A stretch of DNA of 64,000 bases from an uncultured Acidobacteriota bacterium. GTDB taxonomy: Bacteria > Acidobacteriota > Thermoanaerobaculia > UBA5066. Location of the stretch: positions 1,696,001 to 1,760,000 of the forward strand of contig CAVZYA010000001.1 of the NCBI GenBank assembly GCA_963779415.1, read 5' to 3'. Below are positions 33,771 through 43,307 of the stretch, one piece after another; within the stretch, counting starts at the first letter, position 1, and the number at the start of each line of letters is the position of its first letter. The notes below the pieces were generated by a model that had not been told where the DNA came from, did no database searches, and saw only the letters and a program-made list of their open reading frames with translations. The position numbers and the translations under genes are program-made.

Positions 33771-34370
33771 TCAGAACTTGACGGCCGGCGGCGTCGCCGC
33801 GCCTTCGACGGCTTTGAAGTACGGCCGCTCCTTGAAGCCGGCGAAGTTCGCGACGATGACCGTGGGGAACGAGCGCCGGAGCGTGTTGTAGGCGAGCGCC
33901 GCGTTGTTGAAGTCGAGCCGCGCCACGGCAATCCGGTTCTCCGTCCCCTCGAGCTGGACCTGAAGGTCGCGGAATCCCTGGACCGCCTTCAGCTCGGGAT
34001 ACTTCTCCACCGCGACGAGGAGCCGCGAGAGGGCGCCCCCCAGCTGGTCCTGCGCCTTCTGGAACTGCTCGAACGCGGCAGGGTCCTTGATGCTGTTCGC
34101 ATCGATCTTCACCTGCGTCGCGGAGGCGCGGGCCTGGATCACGGCTTCGAGAGTCCCCTTCTCGAAGTTCGCGGCCCCCTTCACGGTCTCCACGACGTTC
34201 GGGATCAGGTCCATCCGGCGCTGGTACTGGTTCTCCACCTGCGCCCAGGCGGCCGTGAGCTTCTGGTCCGCCGCGTTGAGGCGGTTGTAGGTGCCGGCGG
34301 CCCAGCCGCCGAGGACGAGGACGCCCACGAGGACGAGGACGAGGCATCCGAGGACGAGGCCTTTACCCAT
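33771..34370 (-). CDS. lemA: LemA family protein
   Basis: YQRR.DLIPN.VETVKG, E.YPELKA, LEGTENRIAVAR. Confidence 0.95.
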   Translation of the reverse strand: MGKGLVLGCLVLVLVGVLVLGGWAAGTYNRLNAADQKLTAAWAQVENQYQRRMDLIPNVVETVKGAANFEKGTLEAVIQARASATQVKIDANSIKDPAAFEQFQKAQDQLGGALSRLLVAVEKYPELKAVQGFRDLQVQLEGTENRIAVARLDFNNAALAYNTLRRSFPTVIVANFAGFKERPYFKAVEGAATPPAVKF

Positions 34371-34439
34371 GACGGTCGATCTCCTCCCTTTCGGGGCGGG
34401 AATGCTATCAGGCCGGGGTGAACGTCGACCGGGCGCCCC

Positions 34440-34931
34440 TCAGACCATCTCCTCGAGGAGGCGAGGGGAGAGAAGCCACTTCAGCTCCGCCCGGGCGATC
34501 GACGGATCGCCGTCGACCTCGAACTCGGCGAGCCCCGCCTTCTTCATCGGGATCTCGGTGTCCCGCCGTCCCGTGGCGAGCCGGCCGAGGAGCCTCCCCA
34601 CGTGCGGCTGGTGGCCGACGAGGAGGACGCTCCCCGCCCCGAGCCTTCCGAGCTCCACGAGAAGCTCCTCGGGATCGGCGTTCGGCAGGAGGCTTTTCGT
34701 CTCGAGGAGGGTCTTGCGAAAGCCGCACGCCGCGGCGACGGGTTCTGCCGTCTGCCGCGACCGGACGAGGGGCGAAACGAGGACGGCATCATAGGCGGGG
34801 TCCAGCTTCGCGATCGCCTTCGCGACGAGCCGCATTCTCTTTTTCCCCGTGTCCGTGAGCCGCCGGTCCGCGTCCCGTCCGGAAGGCGAGGCCTCCTCGG
34901 CTTCGGCGTGGCGGAGGAGATGGATCTTCAC
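34440..34931 (-). CDS. sixA: Phosphohistidine phosphatase SixA
   Basis: LLRHAEA, DADR.LT..G, SPLVR.RQTA, VGHQP. Confidence 0.88.
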   Translation of the reverse strand: MKIHLLRHAEAEEASPSGRDADRRLTDTGKKRMRLVAKAIAKLDPAYDAVLVSPLVRSRQTAEPVAAACGFRKTLLETKSLLPNADPEELLVELGRLGAGSVLLVGHQPHVGRLLGRLATGRRDTEIPMKKAGLAEFEVDGDPSIARAELKWLLSPRLLEEMV

Positions 34932-34935
34932 GCCG

Positions 34936-35529
34936 TCACTCCGTTCCGAGATCGCGGGCCAGCTCTCCACGCGTCTCGAGGGAAAGGGGCGTGGACGCCC
35001 GGTAGTTCGGATGCTCCGCGCGGATCGCCGCGGGGACGCCGGAATCGAGGAGAGCGACGCGGGTTGCCGCGTCGTCCCCGAGGGGAAAGCGGAGGTACTG
35101 CACGGCCGCGATCCGGTCCTCCCGGCTCTGGCCGCCGAGGAAACGGGCCGGCACCCGGCGATCCCCCAGCTCGAAAAGGAGGTGGCGCCCTGTCGTCAGG
35201 CCGAGGAGGCCGTCCAGCTGCGACTGGATCTGCCGCTCCTCGGTGATCTCGATGAGGAGCGTCGCCGCCACCTCTCCCGGATCGGGGAGGAGCTCGTTGT
35301 AGGTGTCGATCTCGTGCTGGACGGCTTCGGGCCTCACGATCTTCTCGGCGCGGCACATCTCCTGGATCTGCCCCAGCACCGTCAGGCGGTTCTCGAAGAC
35401 GAGCGACATGATCGGTCCGAGGAGGACACGCCGCCGCATCTTCTCCGCGATGATGCTCTTCCGCCACTCCTCGCGGATCAGCTCGTAATCCTGCAGGTTC
35501 TTGACGTCGGAGAGCTGGATCTTCTTCAT
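34936..35529 (-). CDS. DUF3501 family protein
   Basis: RRV.LGP...L.FEN..T...QIQEM.RAE, YNELLP, AVQYLRF; typical rubrerythrin neighbour. Confidence 0.85.
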   Translation of the reverse strand: MKKIQLSDVKNLQDYELIREEWRKSIIAEKMRRRVLLGPIMSLVFENRLTVLGQIQEMCRAEKIVRPEAVQHEIDTYNELLPDPGEVAATLLIEITEERQIQSQLDGLLGLTTGRHLLFELGDRRVPARFLGGQSREDRIAAVQYLRFPLGDDAATRVALLDSGVPAAIRAEHPNYRASTPLSLETRGELARDLGTE

Positions 35530-36792
35530 TCGGGAATCCCATAGGCGTTCCGGAGCACCTCCGCCGGGTGAAGGACCGGGACTTTCATCCCCTGGCGGAT
35601 CTGGACGCCGGCGAGCGGGCAGTCGGAGGCCACGACCTCGGCCCCGGCGGCGGCGAGGCCGTCGAAGAGCTTCTGCCCGACCTTCATCGACTCGTCGAAG
35701 TACTCGGCCTTCATCGCCCAGGTCCCGTCGTGTCCCGAGCACTTCTCGACCATCGTCACCGTCGCTCCCGTCAGGGCGAGAAGGTCACGAGACTTGAACC
35801 CGATGTTCTGCACCTTCAGATGGCAGGGAAGGTGGTAGGCGATCGACTTCGGAGCCCGGGGAAAGTCGAGGACGAGCCGCTGCTTCCCTTTCAGCTCCAT
35901 CAGGAACTCGAAGAGGTCCCGCGTCGCCTTTCCGACGCGTTCCACGTCCTCTCCCCCTCCGAGCCAGGGGTACTCCTTCTTGATCATGAGCGAACAGGAG
36001 GGGCCCGGCGTCACGACCGTGTACCCCTTTTCCACCCAGGGGAGGAGCGCGCGGACCACGTCCGTCCGCGCCTCGACCGCCGCCGGAACGTCGCCGACGT
36101 CGAAGAAGGGCATTCCGCAGCAGCGCGGATACTCGACGACGACCTCGACGCCGGAGTGTTCGAGGACCTGGACTGCCGCCTTTCCGATCTCCGGCCGGTT
36201 CCATTCGACGGAACAGGTCGGATAGAAGACGACCTTCGCCGAAGGCTCCGCCGTCCGCGCCGGTTTCGGCCGCTTCCGGAACCATGCCGTGAACGTCTCG
36301 CCGGCGAAGCGCGGCAGCTCCTTTCGCGCGGAGATGCCGGCCGTCTTCTCCATCGCCCACCGGACGACGGGGAGCCCGTTCACGAAGTTCGCGAGCGGGC
36401 GCGACCGGCGAGGCGAGGCGCCCGAGCCGGTCGGGGTTCGATAGCATCCGCTCGCGAAGGGGAAGGCCCACGGCCTCGCGCCGCACCCGCCGCGCGTCGA
36501 GGACGAGGTGAGGGATATCGACGTGCCAACGGTGCGGCGGGATGTACGGGCAGTGCGGAATGCAGAGCTTGCACTCGTAGCAGAGGTCCACGAAGTCGTC
36601 GAAGACCTTGCTTGGAAGCTTCTCGACGTCGCCGTCCACCTCCGTGGCGTCGAGCCCCTTGAACAGGACGTCGAAAGATGGACAGAGCGAAAAGCAGCGC
36701 CGACAGCCGTGACAGATGTCGGCGATGCGGGAAAGCTCGGCGGTGAGGGACTTTCCGTCGGTGACCTTGATCGGCTGGCCGACAGCTCCCAT
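35526..36792 (-). CDS. Fe-S oxidoreductase (GlpC/CCG-domain), split by a 1-nt insertion at about 36398
   Basis: [11 protein letters not shown] and CYECKLC..HC in the 5' frame; CCGMP, CSGH, DCP in the 3' frame. Removing one base from GGG 36397-36399 restores [10 protein letters not shown]. Confidence 0.85.
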
Positions 36793-36820
36793 GGCGGTGT
36801 CCTTTCTTCGGACGGAGCGA

Positions 36821-36869
36821 GCGGGGGGCGCCGAGGGGCGCGGCGCGCCCCTCCGCCCCCCGCGACCCC
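36821..36869 (+). repeat. REP-like GC hairpin, related to the 27783 and 62250 elements
   Basis: GCGGGGGGCG..GAGGGGCGCG/GCGCGCCCCTC CGCCCCCCGC followed by a GACCCC tail. Confidence 0.5.
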
Positions 36870-37292
36870 TCAGGCGGGCAAGGTGGAGAGGAGCTTCGAG
36901 AATCGGTTCGCGTGCGACTTCTCCGCGCGCGCGAGAGTCTCGAACCAGTCCGCGATCTCCGCGAAGCCCTCCTCGCGGGCGATCTTCGCGAAGCCCGGAT
37001 ACATCTGCGTGTACTCGTACGTCTCGCCTTCGATCGCCGACTTGAGGTTCAACTCCGTCGAGCCGAACGGAAGGCCGGTGGCCGGGTCGCCGGCGGCCTT
37101 GAGGTAGTCCATGTGGCCGTGGGCATGGCCGGTCTCTCCTTCCGCCGTGTCGCGGAAGTTCCCGGCGATCTCGGGATGCCCCTCGACGTCGGCCTTGTCG
37201 GCGAAGTAGAGATAGCGGCGGTTCGCCTGACTCTCTCCTGCGAAAGCATGCTTGAGGTTCTCGTGGGTCTTGGTGCTCTTCAGTTCTTTCAT
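36870..37292 (-). CDS. Rubrerythrin (short, no rubredoxin domain)
   Basis: [39 protein letters not shown]. Confidence 0.93.
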   Translation of the reverse strand: MKELKSTKTHENLKHAFAGESQANRRYLYFADKADVEGHPEIAGNFRDTAEGETGHAHGHMDYLKAAGDPATGLPFGSTELNLKSAIEGETYEYTQMYPGFAKIAREEGFAEIADWFETLARAEKSHANRFSKLLSTLPA

Positions 37293-37322
37293 AGCGGATC
37301 CCCCTTTCGATGGTGGCCTGCC

Positions 37323-37387
37323 AATTTAGACTCGGTATAAGAAAGAATCAAGGGGCTCTCGACTTCTCTTTAGATTAAGTCTAAACT
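37323..37387. promoter_or_regulatory. Divergent sigma70 promoters, each overlapped by a Fur/PerR-like 7-1-7 box
   Basis: Minus TTGATT-17-TAAATT with box TTAGACTCGGTATAA (37326-37340); plus TCGACT-17-TAAACT with box TTAGATTAAGTCTAA (37370-37384). Confidence 0.7.
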
Positions 37388-37449
37388 AATCGTAACCGGG
37401 AGGAACTTTATCTCCTGCTCCCGGAATCCGAAATGAGGAGTCTGAACCC

Positions 37450-38037
37450 ATGAGTCCGATCGTAGGCCAACGGGCCCCCGAATTCGCCCTCGAAGGCGTC
37501 CTGAACGGCAACTTCTCCACTTACCGCCTGACCGACTTCCGCGGAAAGTGGCTGGTCCTCTTCTTCTATCCGCTCGACTTCACCTTCGTCTGTCCGACGG
37601 AGATTCTCGCCTTCTCCGACCGGCTCGGAGAGTTCCAAAAGCTCGGCGCCGAGGTGCTGGGCGCGTCCGTCGACTCGAAGTACAGCCATCTGGCCTGGAC
37701 GGAGAGGCCCCGCGAGGAAGGGGGGATCAAGGGCCTCGCCTATCCGCTTCTCGAGGATCTCGGAAAGGAGCTCTCCCGCGGGTACGGCGTCCTCTCCCCG
37801 GACGGGCTCGTCGCCCTGCGGGGCCTCTTCCTGATCGATCCCGAAGGAGTCGTCCAGCACGCCACGATCAACAATCTCGGGGTCGGGCGCTCCGTGGACG
37901 AGACGCTGCGCGTCCTCCAGGCCTTCCAGTTCGTGCGCGAGCACGGAGAGGTCTGCCCGGCCGACTGGAAGCCCGGGACGAAGACGATGAAGGCCGACTG
38001 GAAGGGCTCGAAGGAGTATTTCGCCAAGGCGAAGTAA
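37450..38037 (+). CDS. ahpC: 2-Cys peroxiredoxin (AhpC/Prx1)
   Basis: [12 protein letters not shown] and GEVCPADW. Confidence 0.93.
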   Translation: MSPIVGQRAPEFALEGVLNGNFSTYRLTDFRGKWLVLFFYPLDFTFVCPTEILAFSDRLGEFQKLGAEVLGASVDSKYSHLAWTERPREEGGIKGLAYPLLEDLGKELSRGYGVLSPDGLVALRGLFLIDPEGVVQHATINNLGVGRSVDETLRVLQAFQFVREHGEVCPADWKPGTKTMKADWKGSKEYFAKAK

Positions 38038-38047
38038 AGTCCGCCCC

Positions 38048-39010
38048 ATGACCGCGAAGAGCCACTACCGGGTCGTCATCGTCGGCTCGGGCCCGGCGGG
38101 CCTGACGGCCGCCATCTACGCCTCCCGCGCCGGACTGGACCCCCTCGTCGTCGAAGGGGCCCAGCCCGGCGGCCAGCTCACGACCACGACCGAGGTCGAG
38201 AACTTCCCGGGCTTCGAGCACGGGATCCAGGGCCCGGAGCTCATGGACGTCACGCGCAAGCAGGCCGAGCGCTTCGGCGCGGAGATCGTAGTCGACTCGC
38301 TGACGGGCGCCGACATCGACGTTCACCCCTTCGTCCTGACTCTCGAAGGCGCCGGCCGCGTCACCGCGGACGCCCTGATCGTCGCCTCGGGCGCCTCGGC
38401 AAAGTACCTCGGCCTCCCGGCGGAAAAGAGGCTCCTCGGCTACGGAGTCTCGGCCTGCGCCACCTGCGACGGCTTCTTCTTCAAGGGGAAGGAGGTCGTC
38501 GTCGTGGGCGGCGGCGACACCGCCGTGGAAGAGGCCTCGTTCCTGACGAAGTTCGCGACGAAGGTTCACCTCGTCCACCGCCGCGAGGAGCTGCGCGCCT
38601 CGAAGATCATGCAGCAGCGGCTCCTCGCGAACCCGAAGGTGGAGCTCCACTGGAACACCGTCGTGGAGGACATCCTCGGCGAGCCGGGGGGCGGACGCGC
38701 CGCGAGCGGCGTCGTCGGCGTCGTCCTCAGGAACGCGAAGACGGACGAGCGCCGTACCCTTCCCGTCTCGGGCTATTTCGCGGCCATCGGACATCAGCCG
38801 AACACGGATGTCTTCCGCGGAAAGCTCGAGATGAACGAGACGGGATACCTCCTCGTCCGGCACCCCTCCACGCGGACTTCCGTCGAGGGGGTCTTCGCGG
38901 CCGGCGACGTGGCCGACCCGACGTACCGGCAGGCCGTCTCGGCCGCGGGCGAAGGCTGCAAGGCCGCGATCGACGCCGAGAGATGGCTGGAGGCCCGGGG
39001 GATCCACTGA
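38048..39010 (+). CDS. trxB: Thioredoxin-disulfide reductase
   Basis: GSGPAG, GGQL, CATCDG, GGGDTA.EEA, FAAGDV. Confidence 0.96.
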   Translation: MTAKSHYRVVIVGSGPAGLTAAIYASRAGLDPLVVEGAQPGGQLTTTTEVENFPGFEHGIQGPELMDVTRKQAERFGAEIVVDSLTGADIDVHPFVLTLEGAGRVTADALIVASGASAKYLGLPAEKRLLGYGVSACATCDGFFFKGKEVVVVGGGDTAVEEASFLTKFATKVHLVHRREELRASKIMQQRLLANPKVELHWNTVVEDILGEPGGGRAASGVVGVVLRNAKTDERRTLPVSGYFAAIGHQPNTDVFRGKLEMNETGYLLVRHPSTRTSVEGVFAAGDVADPTYRQAVSAAGEGCKAAIDAERWLEARGIH

Positions 39011-39019
39011 CGCCGGGCG

Positions 39020-40168
39020 TCAGGACGGGCTCTTGGCCGTCTCCAGAAAGCTCTCCAGCGCGGCCAGCCACTCGAGCCTCGTGTCGCGGAACCGTCTCTC
39101 GTACTCGCGAACCTTCTGCTTCACGGCGTGGCGGACATCCGACGGAGGGTCTTGGCCGCGCGCTTTCGCCGCCCTCAGCTCTAGGTGCCGTGCGTACGCA
39201 TCCTTCCAGAGCCGAAGAGCCTCGTCGACCCGGGCGCGGCCCCGCTCCAGGCGCACCCGGAACTCGTCGACGACCTCCGTCGGGGTCCGTGCGAGCCGCT
39301 CTTCGGCCCGCGCCGCGAGGACGGCGAGCTTCGCGTTCTCGATGACGGGGGGCGGGGTCACGCGCAGGTTGCGGGCGAGGCCGGAGATCCGGAATGCCTG
39401 GATGCACCACTTGTTCGGATCCCACTGATACCAGCGGACGCCGTTCCGGAAGTCGGACGGAAAACGGTGATGGAAGTTGTGATACCCCTCACCGTGCGTG
39501 AAGAACGCGAGGAGCCAGTTGTCGCGCGCGGAATTCTCCGTCGAGTAGGGGCGGGACCCGTAGAGGTGCGCGACCGAATTCACCAGAAATGTCGTGTGGT
39601 GTACGAGGACGACCCTCAGGAAACCGCCCCAGAGGAGCCCGCCGAGCGGGCGGCCGAAGAGCGCGCCGACCAGGGTCGGGAGGCCGAGCCCCAGCCCGAC
39701 GCCGATCAGCCGGTACCAGCGGTGCTGCCACATGACGCGCGGATTCGAGAGAAGGTCGGGCACGTTCTCGAAGGTGCTCCCGGGGGGATCCTCGTAGAAG
39801 ACCCAGAGGACATGTGCCCAGAGCGCGCCCCGTCCGATGTTGTAGGGATCCCGGTCCGTGTCGACGAAGCGGTGGTGGTTCCGGTGGTCCCGTGCCCACC
39901 GCAGAGCCGAGTTCTGAAGCGCGAACGCCCCGAAGAAGAGGAGGGCCGCCTCGACCGCCGGGTCGCACTCGTAGGTTCGGTGGGAAAAGCAGCGGTGGTA
40001 GCCCGCCCCGACGGCGATCCCGACGGTCGCGAACAGGGAGAGGCAGAGGAGGGGCTCCCACCACGCCACGCCGAACCGCGACGCGTAGAGCGCCGTCCCC
40101 GCGATTCCCGCGGCCGGGGAGAGGATCAGAAAGAGAATATTCGTCCAATCGAGCTTCCGGTCCTGCAT
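39020..40168 (-). CDS. Acyl-CoA delta-9-type fatty acid desaturase
   Basis: His boxes HRCFSH, HRNHH, HNFHH; WDPNKW. Confidence 0.92.
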   Translation of the reverse strand: MQDRKLDWTNILFLILSPAAGIAGTALYASRFGVAWWEPLLCLSLFATVGIAVGAGYHRCFSHRTYECDPAVEAALLFFGAFALQNSALRWARDHRNHHRFVDTDRDPYNIGRGALWAHVLWVFYEDPPGSTFENVPDLLSNPRVMWQHRWYRLIGVGLGLGLPTLVGALFGRPLGGLLWGGFLRVVLVHHTTFLVNSVAHLYGSRPYSTENSARDNWLLAFFTHGEGYHNFHHRFPSDFRNGVRWYQWDPNKWCIQAFRISGLARNLRVTPPPVIENAKLAVLAARAEERLARTPTEVVDEFRVRLERGRARVDEALRLWKDAYARHLELRAAKARGQDPPSDVRHAVKQKVREYERRFRDTRLEWLAALESFLETAKSPS

Positions 40169-40189
40169 TAACGCAGTCTATACCCCGGA

Positions 40190-40252
40190 AGCCGTACCGG
40201 AAGCCCGAGCCCCGCGTCCGCGAGCCGCCAGGTCCCGTCCAGGGGGCCTCCC
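40190..40252 (-). pseudogene. Duplicated stub of the 3' part of the Omp85-like gene (43308..44852)
   Basis: 40214-40240 is identical (27 nt) to 43447-43473; reads GPLDGTWRLADAGLGL versus GPPDGTWRLADAGVGL. Confidence 0.8.
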
Positions 40253-40260
40253 CTTCCGCC

Positions 40261-40362
40261 TCAGTACCAGGCGTCCGGGCTCATCGAAAGCCAGCTCCCG
40301 TCCGACGTGACCGCGTCGTTCAGGACGCCATAGGTGAGGAACGTGTAGTCGCCGGAGATGCG
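40261..40362 (-). pseudogene. 3' stub of a secreted multi-domain protein gene
   Basis: Reads TRISGDYTFLTYGVLNDAVTSDGSWLSMSPDAWY*, resembling the C-terminus of the neighbouring protein (YVSVVDNVSGDTSWL). Confidence 0.6.
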
Positions 40363-40396
40363 CGTCATACCAAGGGTCCGTCATACCAAGGGTCAG
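40363..40396 (+). repeat. Perfect 16-bp tandem duplication ending in AAGGGTCAG
   Basis: CGTCATACCAAGGGTC twice (40363-40394), then AG. Confidence 0.9.
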
Positions 40397-40448
40397 AACC
40401 CACGTCCTCTCTCGCCGGCCGTCGGGGCGCGTGGTTGGCCCTGGGTCC

Positions 40449-42157
40449 TCAGGGCCCGAACTCGTCGTCTGAAACCGGCAGCCACGACGTGTCGCCCGAG
40501 ACGTTGTCGACAACGCTGACGTAGGGGAAGACGGGCGCGCTGGCGGTCACGACGAGGTAGGCGTTGGACGTAACCACGGAACCCGCGCCGACCAGCTCGA
40601 AGATGTTCGGCGCGAGCTGGAGGGCTTCCTGCGGGCCCCATGTTCTCGTGAACTCTCCGAGAAGCGTCCCGTCTCCGCCCCAAAGAGCGAATGTGATGTC
40701 CACCGGGATCTCTTGCGGGTTGTACGCGCCGGCGTTCGAGCGCGAGCCGGCGTTGAGGCTTCCGCCCCACGCGAGGCCGAGGAAGAGCGCCCGCGTCCGG
40801 GCGTCCATCGCCGTCTGAGCCGGGATCATCGACCCGTACGCCGGGGTCGGAGGCAGAGGCGTCGAGACCTTCGAGGATGCGCTGACCGGACCCGTGGAAG
40901 TCGGCCATGAGATCTCAATGGCGCCCGAGGTCCCCGGAGCCATGAACGTCTGTCCGATGACGTCAGTCAGCATCAGCTCCTGCCGTGCCGGAATGCTCCA
41001 ACCCGACCCTCCAGTGCCGCACGCGCCGCCGCCTGTACAGCGATAGACGAGCGTCACCGATGCGGGGGCCGTGTAGGACCGGTTCATCAGCCAGAGGTCG
41101 GTGTGGAAGAGGGTCCCGTTGATGCCTGCCTTCGACGCGGCGGTCGGGATCGTCAACGTGACCGTCCCCGAGGCCGACCCGGAGAGGTCGAGCCGGCCGA
41201 TCTTGTTGCCGATCCACTCCGTGAACCAGATAGCGCCGTCGGGGCCGGAGCTGATGCCGTGCGGCTGGGCGCTCCGACGTCGGGACAGGGAACACGGTGA
41301 TGGTGCCGTCGGTGAAGATCCGGCCGATCGCTTCGCTCGTTGAGCTCGGTGAACCAGAGGGCGCCGTCGGGGCCGAGGCAGATGCCGGAGGGGGTGCCAT
41401 TCGCCGTGAACTCGGTGATGGTGCCGCCGGTGGTGATCCGGCCGATCCCGCCGTTGGACTCCGTGAACCAGAGAGCGCCATCGGGGCCGAGGCAGATGCC
41501 GTAAGGGGCGCTGCCCGCCGTCGGGACCGGGTACTCCGTAATCATGCCCGCAGTCGTGATCCGGCCGATCTTGTTCCCCTTGAGCTCTGTGAACCAGAGG
41601 TTTCCGTCGGGGCCGGAGGCAATCGCATTGGCCTCGCTGCCCGCCGTCGGGATCGGGAACTCGGTGATGACGCCGACAGGTGTGATCCGGCCAATCCTGT
41701 TGCCGTCGGGGCCACTCTCCGTGAACCAGAGGTTGCCGTCGGGGCCGGAGGTAATCCCTTCCGGCGAGCTGTATGCCTGCGGGATCGGGAACTCGGTAAT
41801 GACGCCGGCAGGTGTGATCCGGCCGATCTTGTTGCCGATCAACTCCGTGAACCAGAGAGCGCCGTCGGGGCCGGAGCTGATGCCTTCGGGCTGGGCGCTT
41901 GGCGTCGGGACAGGGAACTCGGTGATGGTGCCGCCGATGGTGATCCGCCCGATCTTGTGGCCGGCGGCCTCGGTGAACCAGAGAGCGCCGTCGGGGCCGC
42001 GGCAGATGCTGATGGGGTAACTGCTCGGCGTCGGGAGCGAGAACTCAGTGATTACGGGCTGCCCGTAGCTCGCTGTCGGCCAGCCGAGGACGAAGCAGAG
42101 GACAAGCGTCACCGGGAAGCCGAACCAGCTACTGGGCTCTATCGGGATGTGTGACAT
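40449..42157 (-). pseudogene. Secreted Vgb (virginiamycin B lyase)-like beta-propeller with C-terminal beta domains; two +1 frameshifts (about 41340 and 41276)
   Basis: Seven repeats of about 42 aa (GPDG.LWFTE...IGRIT..G.ITEF), AGGAG RBS, signal peptide; frames join into 40449..41156. May be intact if the indels are assembly errors. Confidence 0.75.
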
Positions 42158-42344
42158 CGACTTTCTCCTGTTCGTGACGGGCAGACACTCATGCCCACGC
42201 CCTTCCTCGTAGTCCCAAGGATGAGGATCCCTCCGTAGTGTCGTGATGAGCCCGCCGACCAACGCTTCGGTCGAGCTGAGGTACCGGCGAAGCGACACTC
42301 TTGTCCAAGATCGGGCGTAAAACATTCGCGGAGTGAGTCGAAGC

Positions 42345-42561
42345 CCCAGCTCGTCCCCTGCAGCTTCCAGACGCCGCTGATCGTCCCGGCCCAGAGCGTC
42401 GTGCCGTCGGAGGCGAGGGCGTTCGTGTCGGCCCCTTCCAGACCGGCCACCGGCTGGAACCAGAGCCCGGCTTCTGACGGCGCCGCCCCGGAAGAACAGA
42501 AAGCCACGACGACGGCAAGCCACACGAACCGTCGATGTCGCCTCGATTCCCTTAGACGCAT
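42345..42561 (-). pseudogene. 5' stub of a secreted beta-propeller-type protein gene
   Basis: MRLRESRRHRRFVWLAVVVAFC..SEA signal peptide, then GLEGADTNALASDGTTLWAGTISGVWKL, after which protein-like character is lost. Confidence 0.6.
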
Positions 42562-42726
42562 CTCGTGGGCGCTCTTCCGTGGGGGACCGGCCTGGCGGGG
42601 CATCGGGCGTCCTCCATTCGCTACGAATTCGGGAGGGTCGAGCCTCCGGCGCATCGCTCTGCGGGAATGATGCCACCGGCCGGGTGCGTCAGACTGCCGG
42701 AGGAGACGCGAGCCGGGCGGCAGGCC

Positions 42727-43038
42727 TCACCTACGGTCCGCCCAGTAGCCGGGCCGCCGCTTGTGATGCATGACAGCCACGATCCGAATGCGGTCCGGCT
42801 CGACGGCGTAGACGAGGCTGTAGGGGAATCCGGAGAGGACCTTGCGGCGAACGCCCCCTGGACGGACGACGGGAGCCGACTCGGGCGCGATCCGGATCCG
42901 GTCGATGCCGCGCACGACTTCGGCCTCGAACCGTGCTCCGAGCCCCCGCTCTTCTCTTTCGTAATATCGGACCGCTTCCGTCAGCTCGGCGTCGGCCCCG
43001 GGGTGGAGATGGACCTTACGAGCGGGCGGCTCGGGCAC
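42727..43038 (-). CDS. RelE/ParE family toxin
   Basis: HPGADAEL.EAV.YYE....GLG.RF, FPYSLVY, IVAVMH.KRRPGYW. Confidence 0.9.
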   Translation of the reverse strand: MPEPPARKVHLHPGADAELTEAVRYYEREERGLGARFEAEVVRGIDRIRIAPESAPVVRPGGVRRKVLSGFPYSLVYAVEPDRIRIVAVMHHKRRPGYWADRR

Positions 43039-43240
43039 GGGCGAGGGACTCCTTCAGCGGGATCTCCTTGACCTTCCCGTCACGCATCTCGCGAAGGCGT
43101 CGCTCCGCCTCGTCGAGCCAGAGCGATTCGACCTCGGCCTCCGTCAGCTCGTCCAGGCTGTCCAGCAGGCGGCGGGCGATCCGGGCCCGGCTCTTGTGAT
43201 CGAGCTTCAGGGCCGCAGCGACGATCTGCTCCGTGCTCAT
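43016..43240 (-). CDS. Addiction-module antitoxin
   Basis: ALKL...RARIA..LLDSLD, W..EAERR..E...G; overlaps the toxin start. Confidence 0.88.
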   Translation of the reverse strand: MSTEQIVAAALKLDHKSRARIARRLLDSLDELTEAEVESLWLDEAERRLREMRDGKVKEIPLKESLARARAARS

Positions 43241-43307
43241 CGTCTCGGATTCTATCGTCCCTCCAATGTCGATCGGGCGGCGTCCTTCCGGACGGAATGC
43301 CTCAGGC

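Noticed and set aside
41200-42060. Regularly spaced GTGAACCAGA..GCCGTCGGGGCCG repeats resembling a CRISPR array
   Set aside because: They are coding beta-propeller blades with a period of about 126 bp; spacers are mutually similar and there are no cas genes.
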